A DNA stretch of 64,000 nt from assembly GCA_041740795.1 (NCBI GenBank), contig JBGSLH010000011.1, forward strand, positions 3,875-67,874. Reading direction: 5' to 3'. The translations under genes and the position numbers were made by a program. The notes beneath the pieces are model-generated. The model had not been told where the DNA came from. It did not search any database and worked only from the letters and a program-made list of their open reading frames with translations. This document shows, piece after piece, positions 1 through 10,085 of this stretch. Positions within the stretch are counted from its first letter, which is position 1, and every line of letters starts with the position of its first letter. The DNA is from Minisyncoccia bacterium (GTDB lineage Bacteria > Patescibacteriota > Minisyncoccia > Phycocordibacterales > JAACPR01).

Positions 1-415
1 TATCCACCAAGATTGTCCAGTCGGCAGGTAATCCAATCGGAGTAATTGCGCCGTATTGCATTTGGGATTCTGCTACTGCCTTATCCATTGGAGCAAAAGA
101 TACTTTTCGTGCATCCAATACTTTTCGGGCCACTCCGTTGACGTCCGCTCGAGTACTGCTCAAGATGACACACGCCGCGAACCAAGTCTTGTCTGCACGC
201 TTTGCTTCAAGGATTACGCAGTTTGCCGCTTGGTCTGTTTTGACTTCATATTCTTTGCAGAAGGCAGCGGTATCTGAAAGTTCAGGATTGATAGATACTA
301 CTCCGATCGATTCGTTATTCGAAAGATTTGAAATGGTGGTTGCGACAGGGGAGGCGGTGAGTTCTGAATGTTCCCTGGCTAAAGTGAACTTTAAGTTTCC
401 AAGATTGATGTTCAT
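1..415 (-). CDS. YbaK/EbsC-type aminoacyl-tRNA editing (trans-deacylase) domain protein; 3' end runs off the window
   Basis: Absent from the ORF track because there is no stop inside the window. Manual reverse-strand translation from ATG (415-413) gives MNINLGNLKFTLAREHSELTASPVATTISNLSNNESIGVVSINPELSDTAAFCKEYEVKTDQAANCVILEAKRADKTWFAACVILSSTRADVNGVARKVLDARKVSFAPMDKAVAESQMQYGAITPIGLP. This is the YbaK/ProRS-associated editing domain pattern. Confidence 0.6.
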   Translation of the reverse strand, partial: MNINLGNLKFTLAREHSELTASPVATTISNLSNNESIGVVSINPELSDTAAFCKEYEVKTDQAANCVILEAKRADKTWFAACVILSSTRADVNGVARKVLDARKVSFAPMDKAVAESQMQYGAITPIGLPADWTILVD

Positions 416-794
416 AAATCTCTTAACTCTACATCTTCCGTATTTTAAATCAAGAAGCATATCATTTACATACTGTTTATTCTGTGGTATTAAGAAACAA
501 ATTGAGATTCGCTCATTTCAATCAAACAACAACAAAGAAATAGTAAAAGTAAGTAAAGATGCTAAAGAAGGAAAAAATATTTCTCCTGAATTTAATAATG
601 TTAAAGATGCGATGAAGTGGCTAAACGCATAATACTAATTTTTTCAAAAGAATAAGGTTTTATTTATTAAGATCGGTACACATAGTCAACTATATTAAAT
701 TGGAGACAGACCGATGTCACACAAAGACCTCAATATGTGTCACTCTGTCACTTTTTATTCCGCACAAGACTCGTTGATTTGATATACTATTCTT

Positions 795-1199
795 ATGAAC
801 ACATACAATTGGTACTCACAACTAATTAAGCCTACATGGGCTCCTCCACCATGGATTTTTGGACCAGTATGGACAGTACTCTATCTACTCATCGCAATTT
901 CTTTCGGTACCGTCTTTTATAAAGTAGTCACCAAGGAGATTTCATGGGAAGTTGCTCTGCCATTTGTACTTAACTTGGTATTTAATTTTGCATTTACTCC
1001 AATTCAATTTGGAATCAAAAATAATATTCTTGCTTCACTTGATATTTTGCTTGTCCTCTTCACACTCATATGGGCACTTCGTTTACTGTGGCAAACTCAT
1101 CCTAAGCTTAGATGGATTGTATACATCAATATTCCATATCTCTTGTGGGTAACATTTGCTACGTACTTACAGTTAACCATTACGTATTTGAATATTTGA
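795..1199 (+). CDS. tspO: TspO/MBR family tryptophan-rich sensory membrane protein
   Basis: 134 aa. N-terminus WYSQLIKPTWAPPPWIFGPVWTVLYLLIA matches the TspO signature (W..L.KP.w.PP.w.F.pVWt.LY). Multiple hydrophobic helices. Confidence 0.8.
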   Translation: MNTYNWYSQLIKPTWAPPPWIFGPVWTVLYLLIAISFGTVFYKVVTKEISWEVALPFVLNLVFNFAFTPIQFGIKNNILASLDILLVLFTLIWALRLLWQTHPKLRWIVYINIPYLLWVTFATYLQLTITYLNI

Positions 1200-1305
1200 T
1201 AGTTTTCAACAAACTCATTTTTGCATAATTTGATTATGAAAATAATATACACAATATTTTTAATAAATGCTTTGTTAAATTAAAAAAAAAAGATATAATA
1301 ACAAT

Positions 1306-3162
1306 ATGAAAAAAATTGCACGTGTACTAACTCTAGTGTTGATAGTTTCAACTTTCTCTTTTGTAAATATATTTGCAGCGAATCCACCAACTCCTTTTCT
1401 ACCATCTGACAATATACAAGATCCAAACTGTTTACCTACTGATTCTAACTGTTATGTGCTATTAACATCTTTTACAAATGAAAGTGTGATAGGTTTAGAT
1501 TATGCAACAACAACAGGGGTACTTTCACTTACTTCAGGATATAACATACCGCTTACCGCTAGTACTACAGAGTGGGCCAATGGTTTAATCACTTTAAACA
1601 CACTCAATACAAATGCTATAATTCAAGGAGGTAATTCATTTAGTAATACGCTGACACTCGGCACAAATGACAATAACCCCTTAAATTTTGAAACAAATGG
1701 AACAACGAAAATGGCTATATTATCAAATGGTAATCTTGGCATCGGTACCACTACGCCAGTAACAATGCTCTCTCTTGGCTCAGGACAAATATCTACACCC
1801 TTTGGATCTGTAGCGGCCCCATCATATTCATTTGGCGGTAGTCTTGATTTAGGTATGTATGCCCTAACATCTAATCAAATAGGTTTTTCAACAGTAGGAG
1901 TTTTAAGATTTACTATACATAACAATGGGGTGGAATCAATCGGTAGAGTGGGTGGTAGTGGTTCGGCATCTTCGCCAGCCTTTGTCCCAGTAACTGACCT
2001 CGATTCAGGAATGTTTGGCTCAGGAAATACTAACATATTAGGTTTTTCTACAGGCGGAACAGAGAGATTGAGGATTGATGCGAGTGGTAATCTTGGCTTA
2101 GGCACTACGACCCCTGCAACCATCTTGTCTCTCGGTTCGGGTCAAGTCGGAGTGCCCTTGGGCTTAGTATCTGCACCATCATATTCGTTCAACGGCGATC
2201 TAGATACAGGAATGTATTCTTCTGTTGCAAATGCTGTAAATATAGCTACTGCAGGTGTGGTTAGATTGACGATTGGTGCTAATGGGATAGAAAGTTCCTT
2301 ACAAGTCAGAGGTTTTAACAGCAACCTTGCTACTTCACCTGTATTCGTGGCAGCCAATGACACCAACACTGGTATGTTTTTTTTAGGTGGTGATGTTATG
2401 GGTTTGACTACTAATGGAACAGAAAGATTAAGGGTCGACGCCTCAGGCAATGTCGGCATCGGCACCACGACAATGTCAGACAGGCTGCATGTTTTTGGTG
2501 ATATGCGTGTAGGAACAACTGGCTCAAACGGCTGTATCAAGGACTTTGCAGGAACAGGATTTGCTGGAACATGTTCATCCGATGAGAGACTAAAGACGAA
2601 TATCGTCGACTTGTCAGATGGCTATTTGGACAAATTAGCAAATCTAAAAGTAGTAACATATAACTGGAATGAACAAGCTAATACAATAAACAAAGTAGAT
2701 ACCTCTGTAACTAACTATGGTCTACTTGCTCAAAATGTTGAATCCGTATTTCCTGAATTGACAACAACAGACTCAAACGGTTTTAAACAGGTTAATTACT
2801 CAAGAATACCACTGTATCTCTTGAAGGCAGTTCAAGAGTTGGGTAAAAAGGTTGCAGGATTTGCTGATGAATTTAGAACTCAAAAACTGTGTGTAGGGGA
2901 TACATGTATAAATGAAGATCAATTGAAAGTACTATTACAGGGTCAAAATATACAAACTACTCAACCAACTCCAGAACCAACACCTGTGATCGTTGAACCT
3001 GTAGAAAATGAGGGCACACCAACTCCTACAATTATTCCAGAACCTGTTATTGTGGAACCGATAGTAGAACCGACGCCTGAGCCTGTTGCTGAGCCGACTA
3101 TTGCAGAGCCTGCACCAGAACCTGTTACTGAAACATCGCCTGCTGAAACTTCTGCAATATAA
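1306..3162 (+). CDS. Secreted tail-fibre-like repeat protein with C-terminal intramolecular chaperone (Peptidase S74-type) domain and Pro/Glu/Thr-rich tail
   Basis: Signal-peptide-like N-terminus MKKIARVLTLVLIVSTFSFVNIFA. Three GN(L/V)G(I/L)GTTTP repeat starts. SSDERLKTNIVDL...YNWN...GLLAQNVESVFPEL resembles the endosialidase/tail-fibre chaperone domain. The C-terminus is made of PEPTPV/EPV repeats. Confidence 0.7.
   Translation: MKKIARVLTLVLIVSTFSFVNIFAANPPTPFLPSDNIQDPNCLPTDSNCYVLLTSFTNESVIGLDYATTTGVLSLTSGYNIPLTASTTEWANGLITLNTLNTNAIIQGGNSFSNTLTLGTNDNNPLNFETNGTTKMAILSNGNLGIGTTTPVTMLSLGSGQISTPFGSVAAPSYSFGGSLDLGMYALTSNQIGFSTVGVLRFTIHNNGVESIGRVGGSGSASSPAFVPVTDLDSGMFGSGNTNILGFSTGGTERLRIDASGNLGLGTTTPATILSLGSGQVGVPLGLVSAPSYSFNGDLDTGMYSSVANAVNIATAGVVRLTIGANGIESSLQVRGFNSNLATSPVFVAANDTNTGMFFLGGDVMGLTTNGTERLRVDASGNVGIGTTTMSDRLHVFGDMRVGTTGSNGCIKDFAGTGFAGTCSSDERLKTNIVDLSDGYLDKLANLKVVTYNWNEQANTINKVDTSVTNYGLLAQNVESVFPELTTTDSNGFKQVNYSRIPLYLLKAVQELGKKVAGFADEFRTQKLCVGDTCINEDQLKVLLQGQNIQTTQPTPEPTPVIVEPVENEGTPTPTIIPEPVIVEPIVEPTPEPVAEPTIAEPAPEPVTETSPAETSAI
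1729..2445 (+). repeat. Two tandem ~357-360 bp (about 119-120 aa) coding repeats inside the 1306-3162 gene; a third unit starts at 2446
   Basis: Units start at 1729 (GNLGIGTTTPVTMLSLGSGQ), 2086 (GNLGLGTTTPATILSLGSGQ) and 2446 (GNVGIGTTT). Each is preceded by T(N/G)GT(T/E)..(I/V).(S/A)(N/S)G. Confidence 0.75.
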
Positions 3163-3270
3163 AAAAGAGTGCAAGAGAATTAATCCTCTTGTGCTTTGGA
3201 TTTGAGTTAATTTTTTTACGATAGATATTTGTTGCGTACACACTTTCATACATGGAAACAATATTACAAT

Positions 3271-4485
3271 ATGATAAAATATAAAAATATGAAATTTATT
3301 AATTACTTTTTGATAATAGCGATACTTTTGATAATACCTGTGAGTGTAAAAGCTTCCGAGTCAAACGGGACGATAGAGTCTGGAAACAAGACTGCCTTGG
3401 TATGTCATTCGGTGGACTGCATCACGCCAACTCCTGGAATTATTAATTTCATGCCAACAGGGGCAGTGCCGGTAACGATAGATGATACAAATGGAATTGA
3501 TGGTGTTGCATGGGGAAATGAAATTGGCTGGATAAACTTTGATCCGACGGGAGCAGAAGGTTTAATTATTGATCCTTCAACGGGAATTATTTCAGGAAAA
3601 GCCTGGTCTCAAGTTTCGGGTTGGATTAATTTTTCGGCAACAGGGCAATCTGTTGTAGTAAATTCCTCTGGAGAATTTTTTGGATATGCATGGACCGGGG
3701 GACCATATGGAGGGTGGATAAAGTTTGATTGTAGTTTTGCGGGAGCTTGCGTAAAGACGGATTGGAGACCAGTTGGTGCTCGATCTGCTGTGAGCAACGA
3801 TTCTCCAACTTCAACTCAAACTCAAAGATCGGGACAAACAAGCTCGTCACCCTCAAATGACACGTGTCCAAACTTGAAAGGCTATCAGAACAGTATCCCA
3901 TCAAATTATAAAAAAGATGAGGGCGGCTTATGTCTGCTTGATGTGGATTATTGCAAAAACATAGAAGGTGTGCAATTGACCATACCAAGCAGTCATGTGC
4001 TAAACGGATCAGGTCAATGTATTTTTTTGACCGATGAAAACCAATACGAACTTATTCCTCAACAGAGCGCTTTATTAGATGTGACTAAGGATCAATATGA
4101 CTTTTGCCCAAATTTATTTGGAATGCAATCTAAATTGCCGACAGGCTTTGTAATGCATGTTGACGAATGCGTTCCTGAAGATGTCGATTACTGTCCAAAT
4201 TTTTTAGGAAATCAATACTCGATTCCCCAAAACATGAAGGTAACAAATGAAGGTAAATGTGTAAGGATGACGCCTGCAGAGATAGAAGAAAATGAGAATG
4301 AAGGCATTAAAGATGAAAAAATATGGGTCTATCAATATGATTTTGTGCCAGATTTTTTTGGTATTCAGGTTGCAATTCCATTTTTCTTATCATTGTTTGG
4401 AAAAAATTATGAAATTGACTTAATATCATTGTTTATTACCCTAAATCTGATCGGATTAGTGATGTTTTTCTTAAAAAAACTCTAA
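3271..4485 (+). CDS. Secreted protein with GWINF-type repeats, Cys-containing CPN..G.Q..IP repeats and a C-terminal membrane anchor
   Basis: The ORF track starts at 3229. Internal ATGs at 3271 or 3289 precede a signal/TM segment (MKFINYFLIIAILLIIPVSVKA). Repeats present: IGWINFDPTG, SGWINFSATG, GGWIKFDCS. Four CPNLKGYQNSIP-like units. C-terminal hydrophobic helix LISLFITLNLIGLVMFFL. Confidence 0.55.
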   Translation: MIKYKNMKFINYFLIIAILLIIPVSVKASESNGTIESGNKTALVCHSVDCITPTPGIINFMPTGAVPVTIDDTNGIDGVAWGNEIGWINFDPTGAEGLIIDPSTGIISGKAWSQVSGWINFSATGQSVVVNSSGEFFGYAWTGGPYGGWIKFDCSFAGACVKTDWRPVGARSAVSNDSPTSTQTQRSGQTSSSPSNDTCPNLKGYQNSIPSNYKKDEGGLCLLDVDYCKNIEGVQLTIPSSHVLNGSGQCIFLTDENQYELIPQQSALLDVTKDQYDFCPNLFGMQSKLPTGFVMHVDECVPEDVDYCPNFLGNQYSIPQNMKVTNEGKCVRMTPAEIEENENEGIKDEKIWVYQYDFVPDFFGIQVAIPFFLSLFGKNYEIDLISLFITLNLIGLVMFFLKKL

Positions 4486-4559
4486 GAAAATAATCTTTTT
4501 TGACAGGTACCGTAGACATAAAGTCTAATATGTAGGTATGTTTTTAATAATATAAAAAA

Positions 4560-7500
4560 ATGTTACTATGTAACAACATGTCTAATGCAATCTATACTGG
4601 AAGTACATATTACAAAAGAATAATACTATCAATCACGCTACTATTTTTCTTCGGTTTTTGTTCTAGTGTATCCGCAGCTGTTCCTCAGCCATTATTTTTA
4701 ATACAATTTGAAGATAATGTAAGAGATCAATCTGGAAATAATATTGTTACAACAAATGCCAGCATAACTACTTTTAATGATGGTCAACGTGGAAAGGTCG
4801 GCAATTTTAGCGGTACTAACGGTACCTATGTTTCAATGAATGTATCTCTTCCGACAAGTTTTACTAAATCTGCATGGGTTTTTACTCCCACCGGTACAAC
4901 CCTGAATCAAAGACATATAATCTCAAATGGGGATTTTGGATTTTTTCCAGTTTCTAATTTTTTTAGAGTTAATCAGGGTAAATTAGTCACAGGTGGTTTT
5001 CCTACAGAATATGCAATAGATCCAAATACTTTTTCCACAAATACGTGGACACATGTGGCTATGACATATGATCAACCAACCAAGGTTTATAAACTGTATA
5101 AAGATGGAGTTCAGATTGCAACAGGTACAGGTCCGGTTGATCCAAGTCCACACACGATGACTTTTATAGGTTCATATAATGGTAATAATAATTGGCTTGG
5201 GTATATAGATGATGCTGCAATGTGGAATTCAGTACTAAGTTCTACTGATATAAATTCTGTATACAATGGAACACTCACAGTTTCAACCAGTACTGTACCC
5301 CAACAAATACAATCACTTACACACACACGTGGTGATGGACGTATAACACTTGTATGGGCACCACCATTACTGAGTGGAGGTCCTGACATAACTGATTATG
5401 CTGTAGAGTACAAGCAATCATCAGATGTATCGTGGCTAACGTTTAATGATGGAATTTCAACCAGCACGACATCAACCGTTACGGGTTTAACAAACGGCGT
5501 TTCGTATGATTTTCGTGTGAGCGCGGTTAACTCTGTGGGTACAGGAACGAGTAGTGATGTTATAAGCTCTATTCCGAATATAGTTTCATACAAATATATA
5601 TTTTCATCAGGCCAAAGTTTATCTATCGGATCTGGTGCACTACCTCCTTTGTCTACAACTCAGCCATATTATAACTTGCAATTAAGTGGTTCAAACGGTG
5701 GAGGTATAAATAATGGAGGAAGGGGTCTAAATTTACCCCTTATTCCTCTTACTGAAATGAATGTTGAATCTCCTTCATCTGCAATGGTAAATTCACTTAG
5801 CATGAGCTCTAGTTCTCCTATAATTGTTGGTTCGCACGGTATAGGTGCAAGACCTTATAATGGATTAAAAAAAGGTACAACACAATATGCAGACGGTATG
5901 TATCAATTCACAACCGCACGTAATAAAGTACTATCTGAGGGCAATACTATTGCACCGATAGGTGTAACCATAACACATGGTGAAAATGATGAATTTCAAA
6001 ATCTGGGTGTTCAATATCAGGGATATTTAGTTGAGTGGCAAAGGGATTATCAAAATGATGTAAATGCAATAATAGGAGGAAGTTCTACCTTGCCAATGTT
6101 TATAAATCAAATGAATACAGGATGGAAGGGTTTTACAGCGGTATCTCAATATAATGCCCATAAAAATAATCCTAATAAAATAATATTAGTTGGACCAAAA
6201 TATCAATATACGTATAACTCTGATAAATTACATGTAAACAATACTTCATCTAAATTAATAGGTGAGATGCTTGCAAAAGTTATAAAAAAAGTTACCGTCG
6301 ACAATCAGGTTTGGAATCCTCTTATGCCAACATCTGTTTTACGTGATCAAAATATTATTACCGTTAGTTACAATATTCCATCTGGGCAACTCGTATTAGA
6401 TACAAGTCTTGTTGCACAACGTCCAAATTATGGATTTGAATTTGTTCAAACTGGCGGATCAGCATCAACGACAATAAATTCGGTTGAATTAATAAATAAT
6501 AATACACAAGTAAAAGTAACGTTGTCAGGTATTCCTGACGGTACAGATCAAAAATTGAGATATGCGTATACATGTTATTGGAATTTAAGTCCTGTTGATA
6601 ATTATGGAAGATGTGGTGACTCTAGTAATGGAACTTATGCTGGAGGAAATTTGCGCGATACAGACACTACAATATCTCCAGCATCAAACGGAACAGATCT
6701 TCCACTTTATAACTGGGGAGTTACGTTTGAAGAATCCATCTCACCTGCGAGTGTTCCTTCCGCTCCAACAGCACTCGGTGCAACTGCTGGCAATGCACAA
6801 GTCGATCTTTCGTGGACTGCTCCTGCCTCAAATGGCGGTGCATCCATTACCGACTACGCCGTTGAATACAAGACGTCTGCTACGTCTACTTGGACGACCT
6901 TCAGTGACGGAACATCCACTTCAACTGTGGCGACAGTGACCGGCCTTACCAACGCTACTGTCTATGACTTCCGGGTGAGCGCGACGAATTCTGTCGGGAC
7001 AGGAACAAGCAGTGCGAGCGTGAGTGAGACACCGGCTGTACAACTTGGACCAGATATATCTTCATTACTAGCGTCTAGCATTTCGACGTCATCAGCGACA
7101 ATAACTTTTACAACTGATGTTGTCGGATCTACCCGAATAGAATACGGGCCTTCACAGGACTATGGAAATCTCACCGCTGAAACAGATACTTCTCCGCGCG
7201 TAACGTCCCACACTGCGACACTCTCCGGACTCTCTGCGTGTACGAGCTATTGGTACCGTGTTCAATCAATTGCCAATAATGGCATTGGTGCAACGAGTAC
7301 GGCCTCAACATTTGCAACCAGAGGTTGTTCAGCGCAGGCTCCTATTTTATCCACTACGGCTGAAGCCGCGCCGACTGCCACGAGTACGATCGTAACTTTG
7401 GAAAAGACCCCTTTTTCAAAAGCCAGGTTGTCCATTCCCGCCAATTATTCTACAAGTACTTTGACATTTCAAATAAAGCGACTGCAACAATCGACATTCG

Positions 7501-8438
7501 CTTCTGGCATTTCCTTTCCTTCAGGACTCATTCCTGCCACAAATCATACCTATCATTTGTCTGCCCTCAATGCATCGGGAACACGGGTAACGGCATTTGA
7601 CCAATCGATCACTATAACAATGGAGTACGAAGCTTCGGAAATCAGTGGTCTCGACGAGGCAACTCTTGAGATTCGTCGCTGGGACGGCTCCACATGGAAC
7701 AGTTTACAAAACTGTTCGATAGACACGACTGCCCGTACGGTCAGCTGTGCGACAACGGGCTTCTCTGACTTTGTCTTGTTCGGTGGAGCGCAAGTTGTTA
7801 CTCCTATTATTACCCAAGAAAGGGGATCTTCGGGTGGAACTGGAAGCCGTAGAAATCAAACAGCAGTTTCTCCTGTTGTTCCTGTAACAAATCTGCCAAC
7901 ACCTGAGACAGCAGATGTGGGAGCGAAACCTTTTGCTCGCAATCTGGAACTTGGGGTGGTCGGCGAAGACGTCAATCGACTGCAGAGTATGTTGATGACA
8001 CTTGGGTATCTTCGAATACCAAGCTCGACCGGATATTTTGGAATACAGACGCAGGCTGCATTGGTCGAATATCAAAAGGCACAGGGAATTCTACCTGCAC
8101 TCGGATATTTCGGTCCAAAGACTCAGGCGGCGATGTTGGACGATACTGTGAGTGATCCTGACACGTCTTCGAGTCAAAACGCTTCGACTACAACTTCTTC
8201 TTCAAAGGACGGATTCATTCGTGACCTCGATCTTGGCTATGAAGGTGAAGACGTAAAGGAACTTCAGGATTTTCTTATCTCCTCTGGCTTTGTGATACCT
8301 GCTGGCGCGACCGGTTATTTTGGACCTCAGACACAATCTGTACTCGTTCAGTTTCAAAACAAGCATGAGATTTCACCTGCACTCGGATATTTTGGTCCGA
8401 AGACAAGGACTTTTATGAACGGGCTACTTCTTCGTTGA
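4560..8438 (+). CDS. Giant (1292 aa) surface protein: LamG/concanavalin-like lectin domain, several fibronectin type III domains, central unassigned domain, two C-terminal peptidoglycan-binding repeats
   Basis: N-terminal TM/signal segment. A LamG-like region ends in LGYIDDAAMWNSVLS. FN3-like segments carry ITDYAVEYK...VTGLTN...YDFRVSA.NSVGTG twice, plus a third FN3-like block. Two copies of G.EGEDV..LQ..L...G......TGYFG.QTQ.....Q......PALGYFGPKT match the PG_binding_1 pattern. Confidence 0.75.
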   Translation: MLLCNNMSNAIYTGSTYYKRIILSITLLFFFGFCSSVSAAVPQPLFLIQFEDNVRDQSGNNIVTTNASITTFNDGQRGKVGNFSGTNGTYVSMNVSLPTSFTKSAWVFTPTGTTLNQRHIISNGDFGFFPVSNFFRVNQGKLVTGGFPTEYAIDPNTFSTNTWTHVAMTYDQPTKVYKLYKDGVQIATGTGPVDPSPHTMTFIGSYNGNNNWLGYIDDAAMWNSVLSSTDINSVYNGTLTVSTSTVPQQIQSLTHTRGDGRITLVWAPPLLSGGPDITDYAVEYKQSSDVSWLTFNDGISTSTTSTVTGLTNGVSYDFRVSAVNSVGTGTSSDVISSIPNIVSYKYIFSSGQSLSIGSGALPPLSTTQPYYNLQLSGSNGGGINNGGRGLNLPLIPLTEMNVESPSSAMVNSLSMSSSSPIIVGSHGIGARPYNGLKKGTTQYADGMYQFTTARNKVLSEGNTIAPIGVTITHGENDEFQNLGVQYQGYLVEWQRDYQNDVNAIIGGSSTLPMFINQMNTGWKGFTAVSQYNAHKNNPNKIILVGPKYQYTYNSDKLHVNNTSSKLIGEMLAKVIKKVTVDNQVWNPLMPTSVLRDQNIITVSYNIPSGQLVLDTSLVAQRPNYGFEFVQTGGSASTTINSVELINNNTQVKVTLSGIPDGTDQKLRYAYTCYWNLSPVDNYGRCGDSSNGTYAGGNLRDTDTTISPASNGTDLPLYNWGVTFEESISPASVPSAPTALGATAGNAQVDLSWTAPASNGGASITDYAVEYKTSATSTWTTFSDGTSTSTVATVTGLTNATVYDFRVSATNSVGTGTSSASVSETPAVQLGPDISSLLASSISTSSATITFTTDVVGSTRIEYGPSQDYGNLTAETDTSPRVTSHTATLSGLSACTSYWYRVQSIANNGIGATSTASTFATRGCSAQAPILSTTAEAAPTATSTIVTLEKTPFSKARLSIPANYSTSTLTFQIKRLQQSTFASGISFPSGLIPATNHTYHLSALNASGTRVTAFDQSITITMEYEASEISGLDEATLEIRRWDGSTWNSLQNCSIDTTARTVSCATTGFSDFVLFGGAQVVTPIITQERGSSGGTGSRRNQTAVSPVVPVTNLPTPETADVGAKPFARNLELGVVGEDVNRLQSMLMTLGYLRIPSSTGYFGIQTQAALVEYQKAQGILPALGYFGPKTQAAMLDDTVSDPDTSSSQNASTTTSSSKDGFIRDLDLGYEGEDVKELQDFLISSGFVIPAGATGYFGPQTQSVLVQFQNKHEISPALGYFGPKTRTFMNGLLLR

Positions 8439-8534
8439 TGATCGATTCGTATGATGAATTGCGGCGAAAGGTTGAAGATCTTCAGAAGAATAAAACAAGC
8501 TCATTTCCCAAAATCCTGCTATCATATAATTTAA

Positions 8535-9032
8535 ATGAAAATCCACGTCAACGACAAGATGCAAAAATACACCTACGAATGCACAGAGCCAATGGGCAAG
8601 AATTTTGATCTTGAATTCAAACCACAACTCACTCCGAAGCAGATCCTTGCACTCGGTGCCTTCGGTGGGAAGTATATGACGGACTGCCAGGACGAATTCC
8701 CTAAGGACTGGTTTACAAAGGCAAAACTCAATTCAAAGTTTCATGACCCTGAACTTAATTTTTTCAAAGTGAACGCGAGCCAGTCGCTTGCTGTCTGGAA
8801 AACAAAAGGTTGGATCTACAAGGACGATCCTCGAGGCTGGTTCCAATGGTACTGCAGGTATTACATGGGAAGAAGAATTCCGCAGGAGGATCTCAGACAG
8901 ATCAAACGATGGAAGGCGATGGTGCGGCATGTGCACCAAGTACGCAATAATTGTCGAGCAGGTGACTTTTTTTGCAGGCCAAGGCAACGCCAAGCACTGC
9001 TTCACTGGGCGTACGATACGAGGAAACTCTAA
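8535..9032 (+). CDS. Conserved hypothetical protein (165 aa)
   Basis: Intact ORF with non-repetitive composition (GWFQWYCRYYMGRRIPQEDLRQIKRW). I cannot name the family with confidence. Confidence 0.45.
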   Translation: MKIHVNDKMQKYTYECTEPMGKNFDLEFKPQLTPKQILALGAFGGKYMTDCQDEFPKDWFTKAKLNSKFHDPELNFFKVNASQSLAVWKTKGWIYKDDPRGWFQWYCRYYMGRRIPQEDLRQIKRWKAMVRHVHQVRNNCRAGDFFCRPRQRQALLHWAYDTRKL

Positions 9033-9065
9033 GTTCTGTATATTGTTGATTCAAAAAATAAAAAA

Positions 9066-9087
9066 CCCGCGATATTTCTATCGCGGG
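9066..9087. terminator. Hairpin between convergent genes, flanked by an A-run and a weaker T-rich tract
   Basis: cccgcgata/tatcgcggg is a 9-bp stem with a tttc loop. The A-run 9057-9065 gives a U-tract for the minus-strand gene 9113-9502. Confidence 0.6.
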
Positions 9088-9112
9088 CATGTTTGTTCTA
9101 TAGGTCCAATTC

Positions 9113-9502
9113 TCAGCCTGTAAGTGCGAACATCTCGCACGTGCTGGCTTTTTGATTCCGGCGAAGTTCTTCGATAATTTGATCGATGAATTCTTGGTTG
9201 AGGGTATTGGATGGGTCGATCTCCTGGTTATCAGGATTGAGGATTTGCGAGATAGGACTGTCTGGATTGGGCAGTTCTTTCTCGGATAATTCCGTAATCC
9301 CTTCAAGGATTTCTTTGATCGTGGCAATAACTTCATCTTGCGACTTTGCAAAAGGTTTCGTAGTCAGAAGTGCTTTGTATTGATGTCCCGGTCCGCGGAA
9401 TATCTCAAAAGCGAACTTGCCACTCTGTTTGTCTTTTCCGATTGTGAATTCTAGGTCTCTGGGATTGGTATGAATTTCAAGAGCTGTAAGCATGGTTAGC
9501 AT
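9113..9502 (-). CDS. Hypothetical protein (129 aa)
   Basis: ORF only. The convergent terminator fits its 3' end. Confidence 0.4.
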   Translation of the reverse strand: MLTMLTALEIHTNPRDLEFTIGKDKQSGKFAFEIFRGPGHQYKALLTTKPFAKSQDEVIATIKEILEGITELSEKELPNPDSPISQILNPDNQEIDPSNTLNQEFIDQIIEELRRNQKASTCEMFALTG

Positions 9503-9642
9503 TGTGTTCCTTTCTGTTGGTGGTTAGCTGTCTTCTTTGGATAGTATCGGAAACGGAGGGAATTGCAAGATGTGTACATTTACAAACTCTTTAATCCATG
9601 TTATTGTACAATCCAATTCCAACCACACAGTACATTTAATCG

Positions 9643-9987
9643 ATGAGCGCCACTACCGAAGATCCTATTACGACAAAGACCGAAGAGTGCATAACTAAGA
9701 TCCATACGGACTTTGAACGAATCCTGCGCGCGCTCTGCGCTTTGTCTGGAACTCAAATGAAAGTTGCGTTCCTAAGACGTACTCATGATGAATACGTGTA
9801 TGAACTCTCTGTTTACGAAAGTAAGTTTAATGAGACACTTCAACACAACAGCCAAAGGCTTGCTAATGGAGTAATCGACGAGCATCGTCATTCCACTTCT
9901 GAAACCAGTCTTCTTGGAATGTTCGATAGAGAAGTACAATCCCTCATGGAAAAATGGAATCACTACACTGAATCTTTCGATGTCTGA
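9643..9987 (+). CDS. Hypothetical protein (114 aa)
   Basis: ORF followed by a rho-independent terminator at 10008-10036. Confidence 0.4.
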   Translation: MSATTEDPITTKTEECITKIHTDFERILRALCALSGTQMKVAFLRRTHDEYVYELSVYESKFNETLQHNSQRLANGVIDEHRHSTSETSLLGMFDREVQSLMEKWNHYTESFDV

Positions 9988-10007
9988 TTCTTGATTTCTT
10001 TCCTCAA

Positions 10008-10036
10008 AACCCTCGCGTTGCGGGGGTTTTCTTTTT
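10008..10036 (+). terminator. Rho-independent terminator
   Basis: ccctcgc-gtt-gcggggg stem with one G.U pair, followed by ttttctttttt. Confidence 0.7.
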
Positions 10037-10085
10037 TCTCAAAAAAATCTGATAGAATGAACGTATTACAATTTAAATAAAATTT

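Noticed and set aside
138-632. 164-aa plus-strand ORF (and 56-277) at the window start. A possible small antitoxin-like tail (…NISPEFNNVKDAMKWLNA) could be read from ATG 408.
   Set aside because: Most of the ORF is antisense to a well-supported YbaK-like gene (1-415, minus). The remaining 408-632 part has no convincing start context or recognisable domain, so it is left uncalled.
1875-8075. Numerous 60-140 aa antisense or alternate-frame ORFs inside the large surface-protein genes, for example 2142-2540 minus, 3626-3988 minus, 6595-6939 plus and 7704-8075 minus.
   Set aside because: They are fully nested in long, domain-bearing ORFs and have biased, low-complexity composition. They are typical shadow ORFs.
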